IMG/VR virus record: IMGVR_UViG_2595698357_000001
Location: 93,835-157,834 of that record
Source of the DNA: a virus
Taxonomy: Duplodnaviria > Caudoviricetes
DNA length: 64,000 bases
Strand: one strand, 5' to 3'
Below, piece by piece: positions 27,872 to 37,111 of this stretch. Each line of letters starts with the position of its first letter. Within the stretch, counting starts at the first letter, position 1. The notes beneath the pieces were generated by a model that worked only from the letters and a program-made list of their open reading frames with translations, made no database searches and was not told the DNA's origin. Both the position numbers and the translations under genes were made by a program.

Positions 27872-28531
27872 ATGCAAGCACCAAAAGGCGTCACCACGCG
27901 CCGGGTTCACACCTTTGTGCGCCCACCCAAGGTAGAAGTCCCCAGACAGCCCGTAGGGGATATCTATTATGTTAAGGGGTGTAACGGTAGCGGCAAGTCT
28001 ACTGTGCCCTCCTATCTGTCGGAGAAGGATCCAGATGCCTATGTGTGTCTCCTGGGTTCCCGTGTCCTCCTAACCGTATTCCCATCGTTCGGCATCCTGG
28101 CCTTTGGCAAATATGACAAGACCAAATCCAAGGGCGTTGACAGCCTCAGCGACTACGCAGAGATTGAGCTAGCCTTGGCGCTGTCTGAGCGGGAAGACCT
28201 GGTTAAATACGACGCTTTCTTTGAGGGCATTATCCCAGCCACGATCCTGCACACCTGGATAGAAAAGCTGAACCGCCCTGCGCGTCGTCTGGTGACGTTG
28301 TTCCTTGACACCCCGTTGGCGACATGCCTGAGCCGGGTTGATACCCGCAACGGAGGAGAGGATTACAACCGTGACCTCGTGGCTGAGAAGTTCAGGCGTA
28401 TTGAAAGCCACAGAGTCCGCCACAAAGAGTTGTTCCCTACCGTCCCAGCAGGTATGATACGCTCTGAGGGTAAGACTATGGAACAAATGGTCGAGCTCTT
28501 CCTCAACCGTGATTTTGGAGATCTAGAATAA
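27872..28531 (+). CDS. P-loop kinase, probable 5-hmdU DNA kinase of thymidine hypermodification
   Basis: GCNGSGKST Walker A, FEG, R..TRN lid; coupled to hydroxymethylase. Confidence 0.7.
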   Translation: MQAPKGVTTRRVHTFVRPPKVEVPRQPVGDIYYVKGCNGSGKSTVPSYLSEKDPDAYVCLLGSRVLLTVFPSFGILAFGKYDKTKSKGVDSLSDYAEIELALALSEREDLVKYDAFFEGIIPATILHTWIEKLNRPARRLVTLFLDTPLATCLSRVDTRNGGEDYNRDLVAEKFRRIESHRVRHKELFPTVPAGMIRSEGKTMEQMVELFLNRDFGDLE

Positions 28532-29745
28532 TGACGATTCACTATTTCGGTGGCAACACCGTTAATGAAGTTATGCTCCAAGCCTTTGACACCCTGTTGT
28601 CCAAAGGGGCTAAGGCGATTTCCCGCAACGGGAATGCCGTGTATCTTAACGACGTTGAGATCGAGCTGTATGACCCACGCAAACGCCACCTGTGCCTGGA
28701 AGGTCGCAAGTCCAACATTTTCCAGCTGATCGCCGAAACTCTTTGGGTGATGGCCGGCAAGGACGAGCTGCACCCGTACCTGACCCACTTCCTCCCGCGC
28801 GCTCCAAATTACAGCGACGATGGCCTGACCTGGCGCGGCGCGTATGGCCCACGCCTGCATGCGTTTGATCAACTCCAGGGGGTTGTTGACACCTTCCTGA
28901 ACGACGGCATGACCACCCGCCGGGCTACTGCGTTCATCCATGATCCAGCCAAGGATGCCCCGTCTGTCATCCAGGAAACCCTGGGCGGTCAAACCCGTGA
29001 TACTCCTTGCAACCTGCTCATGCTGTTCTACACTGACGTCGACGGCCGGTTCGTTGCTCGTACCATCCAGCGCTCTGGTGATGCGATCTTTGGCGCAGGT
29101 TCCATCAACCTGTTTGAGTTCAGCTTCATCCAAGAGATGGTGTTGAGCTGCATCAACTCCGGCCTGGCGCGGCGTTATCCTGAATATGCCCCTCTGGACC
29201 TGGGGGCATACCGTCACAGCACCGTTAACTTCCACCTGTATGATGCAACCGCAAGCCAGGCCGTGGCTGTCATGGAAAGTGAGCAGGTGACTTATAAGAA
29301 GTCCTCTGGCCGTGACTGTGTGTTCCCTAAAACAATCGCCAAGTGCCGTGACATGGCGGCCGAGTTCATTGACAAGATCTCCATCCCTATGCTGGCTGGC
29401 GTGTTCGGTATGCGTGAGGGGGTTGACCGCCTTGACGAGCTGTTCAAAAAGTATGGTGTGGCACAGAAGGACAACAACCTCTACAGCTACATGGTGCTGA
29501 CCCTGGCTTACATCGCGTCTACGAACAAGGTGTGCCCGGAAAAGTTCGACCTGACTGATTACAACAGCTACGGCCTGGCGTATGATGTGTATGAAGCCGT
29601 CCAGCGCTCCTCATTCCGCAAGTTCACCCTTCACCCAGGGGAGTCGGCGGTAGACACCAGCATCAACCGCATGTCTAGCTGGCGCGCTGATGAAGTGAAG
29701 ATTGTTGGGAGTAAGCTGGCCGACCTTCTGCGCAAGAAGATGTAA
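28531..29745 (+). CDS. dUMP hydroxymethylase (thymidylate synthase superfamily)
   Basis: GAYGPR, TRRA, PC catalytic Cys, QRSGD...G..N, HLY. Confidence 0.85.
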   Translation: MTIHYFGGNTVNEVMLQAFDTLLSKGAKAISRNGNAVYLNDVEIELYDPRKRHLCLEGRKSNIFQLIAETLWVMAGKDELHPYLTHFLPRAPNYSDDGLTWRGAYGPRLHAFDQLQGVVDTFLNDGMTTRRATAFIHDPAKDAPSVIQETLGGQTRDTPCNLLMLFYTDVDGRFVARTIQRSGDAIFGAGSINLFEFSFIQEMVLSCINSGLARRYPEYAPLDLGAYRHSTVNFHLYDATASQAVAVMESEQVTYKKSSGRDCVFPKTIAKCRDMAAEFIDKISIPMLAGVFGMREGVDRLDELFKKYGVAQKDNNLYSYMVLTLAYIASTNKVCPEKFDLTDYNSYGLAYDVYEAVQRSSFRKFTLHPGESAVDTSINRMSSWRADEVKIVGSKLADLLRKKM

Positions 29746-29756
29746 GGAGGTTCAAG

Positions 29757-30320
29757 ATGCTAGACAATCTTGAATTCTTCACGGGTAAGAAGCGGTCTGG
29801 TAAGGACTTCTGTTTGGAAGGTCTGATTGACGACAGCCGGGGGAAACAGGTGATCTGCCGGCTGTCGTTCTCGGATGAGCTGCGGGTGATCGCCAACACG
29901 ATTTACCCATGGCTCCCTCGGGACATCCCAGACCATCTCAAGGACGTTCCGTGGGAACACCCACAGAACTACAGACGTATGACTCCACGGCAGATCTGGC
30001 TCCATCTCGGCGGCGACGATGGACTTCGCTTTGTTGAGCCAGACCTGTTCCTGGAGTCGTTCAAGCGCAACCAGCTGCCCAAAGTGGTTGCCAACCCTGA
30101 TGTCCTGTATATCGTTACTGATGTCAGAACCCCACAGGAGTATATGTGGGTGAAGGAAACCGGTCGAACCTTAACGCGTATTACAAGGGAAGACCGGTCG
30201 GGTATAATGGAGGATACTATTGAGGACTTCATTGACCGCATGGAGGTTGATTTCGAATTCTTTAACCCCTTCACTGGGACTCAACCATTTATTGACTTTT
30301 ATTGGAGCCGTGCTTTATGA
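29757..30320 (+). CDS. Deoxynucleoside monophosphate kinase (gp1-like)
   Basis: TGKKRSGKD, SFSD.L, TPRQ...G, VTDVR...E motifs. Confidence 0.85.
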   Translation: MLDNLEFFTGKKRSGKDFCLEGLIDDSRGKQVICRLSFSDELRVIANTIYPWLPRDIPDHLKDVPWEHPQNYRRMTPRQIWLHLGGDDGLRFVEPDLFLESFKRNQLPKVVANPDVLYIVTDVRTPQEYMWVKETGRTLTRITREDRSGIMEDTIEDFIDRMEVDFEFFNPFTGTQPFIDFYWSRAL

Positions 30321-30910
30321 TCAACCACCAACAATTACGGGGTCTCTTGGAGACCCAAATTGAAACCAACCATGCGTATTATGGTGATGCCTGGACAACA
30401 GTGTGGAAGCGTAACAGCATCCGCAACAGCATCTACCGGGAATTCGCCGAGTTCCTGGATGAGGTTGAAGCCGCCTGGCACTGCTATAAGCCCAACCCGA
30501 AATTTGATCAGGTCGCGGCTGTGTATGAATTGGTGGATATCATCCACTTCATGCTGTGCAACACTTTGACGGTGCATAACATCAAGAGCAAGGAAGATCT
30601 CCGTCGCCTGGTGTACCAGGTGCCGAAATCTGACCCATTTGATGATGCTGTGTTCGGTTCTCCGGAACAGAACGGGGTATCATTCACTGAGGTTGAGGGC
30701 GCGTTCACCGAGTGCATGTATTACAACGGCGACCTGGAAGAGACCGCGAAGTTCCTGGATAAAGCATGCCGCTTCCTCGGCATCGATATCGATACTTACC
30801 TGAAAGCACACATGCGCAAGAACTCTCGCAACCGCCTGCGCGCAGCCTCCGGTGTGCTTGAGGGTAAATACGATAAGAGCAAAGAAGTCCCACTCACTCT
30901 GGAATTCTGA
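30317..30910 (+). CDS. Dimeric all-alpha dUTPase/dNTP pyrophosphatase
   Basis: EFAEFLDE, ELVDIIHF, KN..N..R motifs. Confidence 0.8.
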   Translation: MINHQQLRGLLETQIETNHAYYGDAWTTVWKRNSIRNSIYREFAEFLDEVEAAWHCYKPNPKFDQVAAVYELVDIIHFMLCNTLTVHNIKSKEDLRRLVYQVPKSDPFDDAVFGSPEQNGVSFTEVEGAFTECMYYNGDLEETAKFLDKACRFLGIDIDTYLKAHMRKNSRNRLRAASGVLEGKYDKSKEVPLTLEF

Positions 30911-30911
30911 T

Positions 30912-31481
30912 ATGCAGAAACTGTACACTATTGAATTCAGTGTATCAGTGGACGAGGGTTCAACCGGGGCGCTCCAGTCCTGGTTGAACCAGTTCGGCAC
31001 TGCTACTTTCCTGTGTATTAACCACGCTGAAGGTGATGACGTGCCGGTGGCATCGTTTAAATTACTGACAGCCAGGCCGTCTAATTTCATGGGTAATGTT
31101 GAAAAGGCATACCGTGAATATGATGAGAAACTGAAGGGCATTTATTTCTACACCGCCATATATGAAATAACCCATTGCCCTGAAGATATTGATATGGCGG
31201 AATTATTAGGTCTAATTAACACCCAGGCATATACTGCATGCATCACCCGAACTGAGGTCAATTATCTCATTGGCCAGATCGATGCTTTCAAAAATGATAT
31301 CTTGATGCAGGTGAATAACCAAAGTCGTGCTATCAAACAGGCGTTTGGTGGTATTAATCGCCTGGGGCAAGAAGTGTTTGGCCGTGATATGTATCAGCTT
31401 GGCGAAGCGTCGGCCGCCGATATTCAAGACGACGAAGAACAACCCACCAAAACTCCGGAGAAGAAACAATGGCTTCATTAG
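30912..31481 (+). CDS. Hypothetical protein
   Basis: ORF between dUTPase and uvsX. Confidence 0.75.
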   Translation: MQKLYTIEFSVSVDEGSTGALQSWLNQFGTATFLCINHAEGDDVPVASFKLLTARPSNFMGNVEKAYREYDEKLKGIYFYTAIYEITHCPEDIDMAELLGLINTQAYTACITRTEVNYLIGQIDAFKNDILMQVNNQSRAIKQAFGGINRLGQEVFGRDMYQLGEASAADIQDDEEQPTKTPEKKQWLH

Positions 31482-32545
31482 CAGAGCGCATGCTCAAAAT
31501 CGCCCAGAAGAACTCACCAGAAGCGGAAGTGCTCAGCAAGACGGATCTGTTGGATAAAAAGACGATCTGTAGCACTGGCATCCCGTTGCTGAACATCGCC
31601 TGGAGCGGACGCCCGGACGGCGGTATCCACAGCGGCTCTAAGCAGCTGGTTGGTGACTCTCGTACGTTTAAGACCATGTTTGGTCTGATTGACGTGAAAG
31701 CCTACCTGGCCAAGTACCCTGACGCCATCTGCATCTTTGGCGACTCCGAATTCGGTGCCCGGCAGGCGTACTGGGATTCCATGGGTATTGACATGTCCCG
31801 CGTCATCCATGTCCCTATCATTTCCGTCGAAAACATGCAGATCGTCATGATGCAGATGCTGGACGATATCAAGCGCGGTGACCATGTCATCATCTTCATC
31901 GACTCCATCAGCCAGCTGCCGTCCACCAAAGAAGTCAAAGACGCCGTTGACGGCAAAGACACGCAGGACATGACTCGTGCCCGTGCGCTCAACAGCTTCT
32001 GGCGTACTGTCCAGATCCAGCTGAACCTGAAAAACCTGCCTCTGGTCTGGATCAACTCCTACTATGATGAAATCGGCAACCAATACGCCGAGCCTAACCT
32101 GAAAGGCGGTAAGCAGGGCTTCCTGTCTTGCGACCTGATCTGGTTCATCACCCGTTCTCAGGAGAAGAAGGACAAAGACCTGCTGGGCTGGAACTTCAAC
32201 ATCAAGATCATGAAAGGACGCCAGGTGAAAGAGCAGGCGCGTCTTCCGCTGACTGTGCTCTATGATGGCGGGGTGGACAAGTGGTCTGGCCTGCTGGAGA
32301 TCTCCCGTGTTCTGGGCTACGTTGATATGCCATCCAGTGGCTGGTATCAGCGTACTGCCAAGGGGGGCTTCGGTGCCGATGAGAAGAAGTACCAGAAGTC
32401 CCAGATGGGTGAAGATTTCTGGATGCCTCTCCTGGAAAACCCTAAATTCTGCGACGATGTGTACAAAGCCTATGGCGTGTCCACTGGTAACGTGATGCCT
32501 GACGATCTACAGGAAAAGATCAATGTCGTGGCTAACGAGCGCTAA
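31469..32545 (+). CDS. uvsX: RecA-like recombinase UvsX
   Basis: LNIAWSG..DGG, GDSRTFKT, DSEFG, IFIDSI, DMTRA. Confidence 0.95.
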   Translation: MASLAERMLKIAQKNSPEAEVLSKTDLLDKKTICSTGIPLLNIAWSGRPDGGIHSGSKQLVGDSRTFKTMFGLIDVKAYLAKYPDAICIFGDSEFGARQAYWDSMGIDMSRVIHVPIISVENMQIVMMQMLDDIKRGDHVIIFIDSISQLPSTKEVKDAVDGKDTQDMTRARALNSFWRTVQIQLNLKNLPLVWINSYYDEIGNQYAEPNLKGGKQGFLSCDLIWFITRSQEKKDKDLLGWNFNIKIMKGRQVKEQARLPLTVLYDGGVDKWSGLLEISRVLGYVDMPSSGWYQRTAKGGFGADEKKYQKSQMGEDFWMPLLENPKFCDDVYKAYGVSTGNVMPDDLQEKINVVANER

Positions 32546-32858
32546 TACCGCCGGGGAGGGGAAGCCCTCCCCCTTACCTAATTATGACTGCATCGATATG
32601 GGTGCTGACACCATATCAATAATAAAGATCAACTCCGGCAAATACCGTGGCTTTGAATATCGCTATGGTAAGGTTTCATTTGTCGGGGATGAAGAACACG
32701 GGTTTGAAATATCATTCACCGTGGAAGTAATAAACAAACCGTTCTGGCGAAGAGTCCCAAATAAAAATGATGTATATTTCACTCGGGTAACTGGTGATAT
32801 ATTAATGGACTTGATGAGCAAGAATGCAGGCAGCGTGCATACAATATTGGTCGCGTGA
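32523..32858 (+). CDS. Hypothetical protein (position of T4 gp40)
   Basis: Synteny between uvsX and gene 41 only. Confidence 0.65.
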   Translation: MSWLTSANTAGEGKPSPLPNYDCIDMGADTISIIKINSGKYRGFEYRYGKVSFVGDEEHGFEISFTVEVINKPFWRRVPNKNDVYFTRVTGDILMDLMSKNAGSVHTILVA

Positions 32859-32866
32859 GGCAATAA

Positions 32867-34282
32867 ATGTTAGAGACCGTCGTACTTTCTCAATTGATGT
32901 ATAATGACGAATATCAAAGAAAGGTATTACCTTATTTGAAATCAGAATTCTTTGACAATGAAGGGGAGAAGGTCGTCTTCGGTATTATAGACAACTTTGT
33001 GTCAGAATATAACGCCACACCTAATATGGACGCATTGGCGGTTATTCTGGACCAATCCAAGCTGAATGAGAACGTGTTCAACGAGGCCATCGATTGTGTC
33101 AGTTCCCTAGACTCTGCACCACAGAACATGGAGTGGCTGGTCAAGGAGACTGAGACCTGGGCTAAGGGCAAGTCTGTACAGAACGTAATCAAGAAAGCCG
33201 TGGCCATGTATGCCGATGAGAAGAAAAAGGCGGAGCTGGTCTTGATTCCTAAGATGATGGAAGAAGCACTGGCAGTCTCCTTTGACAACTACATCGGCCA
33301 CATCTATTGGGAAATGGCAGGCGAGCAGTATGACCACATGCATGAGGACTCCGAGCGCATCCCGTTTGGCGTCGACATCTTTAACCGGGCTACCCGTGGG
33401 GGTGTCCTCAAGAAGACGCTGAACGTCGTTACCGGGGCAATCAACGCCGGTAAGACAACCACGCTGATCCACCTGACGGCAGACTATGCCGAGCAGGGGC
33501 TGAATGTGTATGTGGCCACCCTGGAAGTTGCTGAGAACCAATGGCGCCACCGCCTGGACGCCCGTATCATGCGTGTCGACTTTGACAAGCTGGAAGCCAT
33601 GACTCGTGAAGAGTACCTCGGCACCATGCATAAGCTGCGCGGCGAGGGTGATAAGACCAAGGGTGATATCATTATCAAGGGCTACCCTTCTGGTGCTGGG
33701 CATACGGGCTTCTTCAGGAACGACATCATTGAGTATGAGCGCAAGACCGGTAAGAAGATCGACGTCATCGTCATCGACTACCTGGGTGAAGCAGCCAGCT
33801 CCCGTCTTCCGGTTCACTTGATGGCCAACACCAACGTGTACTTCACGTCTGTTGCTCGTGAGTTCCGCGCGCTTGGGTTCGAATTTGATTGCCCGGTGTG
33901 GACTGGTATCCAGTTCAGCCGTGAGAAGCAGAAGACGACTGACGGCGACATCAACGACATCGCTGATGCTATCGGTATTCCAAAGGTGGCTGACTTCATG
34001 ATGGCGTTCTACGCCCCTGACGAGCTGGCCAACGTGAAAAAGGCGCGCGCCAACATCCTGAAAAACCGCTATGCCAACAAGCAGAAGCTGAAGTCATTCC
34101 TGTTTGGTATGGATCAGGACAAACAGATCCTGTTTGACCTTGACTGGGAAGAAGTGAAGCAAGACCTGTCCCCGAATGAGGCATCCTATGTTGAGAACGT
34201 GCGCCTGAAACATGACAAGAACAAAACCGGCATGAAGCATGATGAGGCCAAGGCCGCAACTGTGGACGCGTGGAAGTTCTAA
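32867..34282 (+). CDS. 41: Replicative DNA helicase (gp41, DnaB-like)
   Basis: GAINAGKT, TLE, IVIDYL, REFRAL, LKNRY. Confidence 0.95.
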   Translation: MLETVVLSQLMYNDEYQRKVLPYLKSEFFDNEGEKVVFGIIDNFVSEYNATPNMDALAVILDQSKLNENVFNEAIDCVSSLDSAPQNMEWLVKETETWAKGKSVQNVIKKAVAMYADEKKKAELVLIPKMMEEALAVSFDNYIGHIYWEMAGEQYDHMHEDSERIPFGVDIFNRATRGGVLKKTLNVVTGAINAGKTTTLIHLTADYAEQGLNVYVATLEVAENQWRHRLDARIMRVDFDKLEAMTREEYLGTMHKLRGEGDKTKGDIIIKGYPSGAGHTGFFRNDIIEYERKTGKKIDVIVIDYLGEAASSRLPVHLMANTNVYFTSVAREFRALGFEFDCPVWTGIQFSREKQKTTDGDINDIADAIGIPKVADFMMAFYAPDELANVKKARANILKNRYANKQKLKSFLFGMDQDKQILFDLDWEEVKQDLSPNEASYVENVRLKHDKNKTGMKHDEAKAATVDAWKF

Positions 34283-34293
34283 AATAGTTTAAA

Positions 34294-34325
34294 TCAATAA
34301 AATGTTCAGGTGGTATAATTACCAC
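34294..34325 (+). promoter_or_regulatory. Middle-type promoter TCAATA-N14-TATAAT, -10 in hairpin
   Basis: GTGGTA-TAATT-TACCAC. Confidence 0.6.
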
Positions 34326-34349
34326 ATACACTTCAAAATGGTGGTAATT

Positions 34350-34658
34350 ATGAAAAAGCTGATAATCCCAAGTCTGGGAATGAAACCGGTCGATGCCGTT
34401 GCCGGTAAACAACGGCTGATTCATCTTGACCGTGAAGACACTGCGAAGTTCTATGACGGGCGCAGTGCCTGGGGGAGCGACGTTAAAGTCCAGCAAACTA
34501 GCGGTGAGATGATCAAACTCCCATGGAGGACTTTACCGACGCGTCTCCACACCAGGGAACGTTATTTCGTAGGCGCTGTGGAGGTTATCCCTGCTTTTGA
34601 CTTCCATGGCTTGGCAAATGCATATCGCAAATACAGGAACCACAACAATGTCAGTTGA
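34350..34658 (+). CDS. Hypothetical protein
   Basis: GGTGG SD before ATG 34350. Confidence 0.7.
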   Translation: MKKLIIPSLGMKPVDAVAGKQRLIHLDREDTAKFYDGRSAWGSDVKVQQTSGEMIKLPWRTLPTRLHTRERYFVGAVEVIPAFDFHGLANAYRKYRNHNNVS

Positions 34659-34953
34659 GCAAATTGGTTTTTATGAAATCCCGAAGGATCCTAAGCTGCG
34701 TCAAGAGCTGATGGACACGATCGAAAACTGCCGTGGTGCGATCACCCGCATCAAATCTGAGCAGGCGTACATCACCGATGCTCTGACGGCTATCGCCAAG
34801 GCGACCGGCATCAAGTCGGCCGACCTGCGCAAGGTTGTGATGGATCGTGCCAACCAGACCTTCAGCAAGACCATCGAGACCAGCGAGAAATATCAAGATC
34901 TGTACGCCTCGCTGTTCCCGAAAGATGTACCAGATCATCAGAAGAAGCCGTAA
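34648..34953 (+). CDS. dsDNA-binding protein (T4 DsbA/GapR-like)
   Basis: Helical pattern RI..E...I.D....A....G......LRK and LY..LF C-terminus. Confidence 0.65.
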   Translation: MSVEQIGFYEIPKDPKLRQELMDTIENCRGAITRIKSEQAYITDALTAIAKATGIKSADLRKVVMDRANQTFSKTIETSEKYQDLYASLFPKDVPDHQKKP

Positions 34954-34968
34954 TAACACCCCTCTTTT

Positions 34969-35021
34969 AAAGCCCTGGGAACGGGGCTTTACTTTTTCAA
35001 TAAACCCGCCTACGCTATTAT
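34969..35021 (+). promoter_or_regulatory. Terminator hairpin plus composite early (TTTACT) / middle (TCAATA-N13-TATTAT) promoter
   Basis: Motif matches. Confidence 0.6.
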
Positions 35022-35069
35022 TCAATACAGAAATACTTTGAAACGCACCAACTACACAGGACACATCCC

Positions 35070-36290
35070 ATGAAGACTATCGTCATTCAGCTGGACAACA
35101 AAGAAGGCATCCTGGCCAAACTGGAACCCCTCCGCCGCAAGGCTGAAAAGTATGGCCTGCCATTCCCAACAATCACCTTTGGCGAACCCTACCTGAAGAC
35201 TGTGGTCGTGCAACCAGTTTCTGATATGGACGGCGTCACCCAGGTGGGTTCCCCGGTTCAGCGTGTCTATTGTGTAGTGGAAATGCGTCTTGAAGGTGAA
35301 GGCATTGACACCCCGATTTCCCACGGCAATTTCAAAATCATTGGCTCCTTCAACCACGAATATGACCGCGCGGTGTGCAATGACTTTACCGGTGAAGTTG
35401 CCCCTCGTTACCGTGAGCGGTTCGCCGGCAAAAACCAGAGCCATTGCGAGCACTGCAATAAGTCGCTCTACCGCAAGAACACCTATATCGTCGCAGGGCC
35501 AGAAGGTGAGCAGCTGGCTGTGGGTTCGGCCTGCATGAAGACCTACGTTCCCCTGGGGCGTACTGTGGAGGAGATCGTCAACTTCTACGGCACAGTCATT
35601 GAAGCTTTTGGAGGCCTGGAGGACAGCTTCCAGGGCGGCGGTATGCAATACGCCAACACCGAGGCATTCCTGAGTGCTCATGTGGCTGCATATCTGATGA
35701 AGATCGGTGATCCTCGTGCTGAGGTATTCCAGGCTATGGTGTACCGCATTTATAACGAGCCACGCAAGCTGGAACGCAGTGAAGTGGAGTGGTTGAAGGA
35801 AAACCGTCAGCTGATTTCTGAAACCGTGGAAGCAGTCATCGCATATTGGAAGGACTATTCCCCACGCAATGACTTTGAGGAAAAGCTGTGCATCATGGTT
35901 CCAAGCCCTCATCTGCGCTTCCGTGACCTGAACACAGCTAAGTGGGGCGTCTATACCTACATGAAGGCAAAAGGCATTGAGGCTGTGGAGAAGGCAGTAG
36001 AAGGCATCCCAGACCGCAACGAGTACCTGGTTCCAGTAGGTGAGGTTCTGGACATCCAGGAAGCCGTCGTCGTCGCCAACAAATTCCTTTATTCCGGCGA
36101 CTACAGTGACACCTACCTCCTGATGTTCAAGACTCAGGACGGTTGCACCATCACATGGAAAACCGCGTACCGTGAAATCGAAGTGGGTGAGAAGCTTCGT
36201 GTTCGCGGCCGCTGCAAGGCTCACGTTGAATTCAACGGCGTGAAGCAAACTGAAATCACCCGTGCATCCCTGTACGCAATTGAGGCATAA
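35070..36290 (+). CDS. Hypothetical protein with CEHC...C zinc motif and C-terminal OB-fold-like region
   Basis: CEHC, VGSAC, and ...H.EFNGVKQT.ITR. Confidence 0.75.
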   Translation: MKTIVIQLDNKEGILAKLEPLRRKAEKYGLPFPTITFGEPYLKTVVVQPVSDMDGVTQVGSPVQRVYCVVEMRLEGEGIDTPISHGNFKIIGSFNHEYDRAVCNDFTGEVAPRYRERFAGKNQSHCEHCNKSLYRKNTYIVAGPEGEQLAVGSACMKTYVPLGRTVEEIVNFYGTVIEAFGGLEDSFQGGGMQYANTEAFLSAHVAAYLMKIGDPRAEVFQAMVYRIYNEPRKLERSEVEWLKENRQLISETVEAVIAYWKDYSPRNDFEEKLCIMVPSPHLRFRDLNTAKWGVYTYMKAKGIEAVEKAVEGIPDRNEYLVPVGEVLDIQEAVVVANKFLYSGDYSDTYLLMFKTQDGCTITWKTAYREIEVGEKLRVRGRCKAHVEFNGVKQTEITRASLYAIEA

Positions 36291-36293
36291 CCT

Positions 36294-36386
36294 ATGTTCA
36301 GCACCATCTACTCCGTCGAATTCTGGGCAGGATTTTCCGTCGGGATATCCGTGATCGCACTGATCATCACCTTTGCAAAACGTTAA
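36294..36386 (+). CDS. 30-aa single-TM peptide (not in ORF track)
   Basis: GAGG SD; MFSTIYSVEFWAGFSVGISVIALIITFAKR. Confidence 0.55.
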   Translation: MFSTIYSVEFWAGFSVGISVIALIITFAKR

Positions 36387-36418
36387 TCAATAACTTCCCT
36401 GGGGTATAATAGCCCCAG
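36387..36418 (+). promoter_or_regulatory. Middle-type promoter TCAATA-N12-TATAAT, -10 in hairpin loop
   Basis: CTGGGG-TATAATAG-CCCCAG. Confidence 0.7.
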
Positions 36419-36449
36419 TTACAAATTCACTCAACAAAAGGAAATAGCC

Positions 36450-37061
36450 ATGTCCCTGAAGTCTCTGATCAAACGTATCTTCCGCATTGCCGAGGCCAAT
36501 GTCAACGCAATCGCTGTTGAAGCCGTTGACACTGAAAAGAACTACAAGCTGGCCGCTCAGAAGATCCACGAAAAGATCCACGAGCTGGAAGTCGGCCGTG
36601 TTGAAACTTCACGCGCCAATGCCAACATGCGTTACCAGGCGAAGAAGTTCCGCTCTGAAGCCGAAGTCATCGATGGCGAAATCCGCTATCAGCTGAAGAA
36701 AGGCGAAGCCGTGAACAAAACCCGCGCCACCCTGGCCGTGCGCAAACATCGTATGGCTGATATCCTGGAGGCTAACGCAGACAAGGGTGAAGAGCACATC
36801 GTCACCATCGCTGAGTCTGTTGTGGCTCTGGGCAACCGCCTGAACAACATCGCTGACGAGCTGGAGCTGATTGAAGCCAACAAGCGCATGAAAGAGCTGG
36901 GCATCGACAGCGTTGAAGAAATCCAGTACAAAGCTGACCTGGTCAACGTTGAAGTGGACACTCTTATCCGTGAAGCCTCGGTGTTCGACAACCACACTAC
37001 CGAAACCGGTGTGAACGATTCCGATGTTGAGCAGTACCTGGCCAAGCTGCGCGACGAATAA
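36450..37061 (+). CDS. PspA/IM30-like coiled-coil protein
   Basis: Amphipathic N-terminus then ANVNAI...D.EK..KL pattern, C-terminal VEQYLAKL. Confidence 0.65.
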   Translation: MSLKSLIKRIFRIAEANVNAIAVEAVDTEKNYKLAAQKIHEKIHELEVGRVETSRANANMRYQAKKFRSEAEVIDGEIRYQLKKGEAVNKTRATLAVRKHRMADILEANADKGEEHIVTIAESVVALGNRLNNIADELELIEANKRMKELGIDSVEEIQYKADLVNVEVDTLIREASVFDNHTTETGVNDSDVEQYLAKLRDE

Positions 37062-37089
37062 TCGTCGGCTGCAGCCCCAATAATTCTCA

Positions 37090-37111
37090 AGCCGGGGCAA
37101 CCCGGCTTTTT
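37090..37111 (+). terminator. Intrinsic terminator
   Basis: AGCCGGG-GCAA-CCCGGCT-TTTT. Confidence 0.85.

Noticed and set aside
28531-29745. Canonical thymidylate synthase (td) call
   Set aside because: Divergent motifs, kinase context and phage family favour dUMP hydroxymethylase
35052-36248. 398-aa antisense ORF (likewise 11851-12798, 25562-26452, 28363-29235, 41026-41793)
   Set aside because: Shadow ORFs fully overlapping well-supported genes
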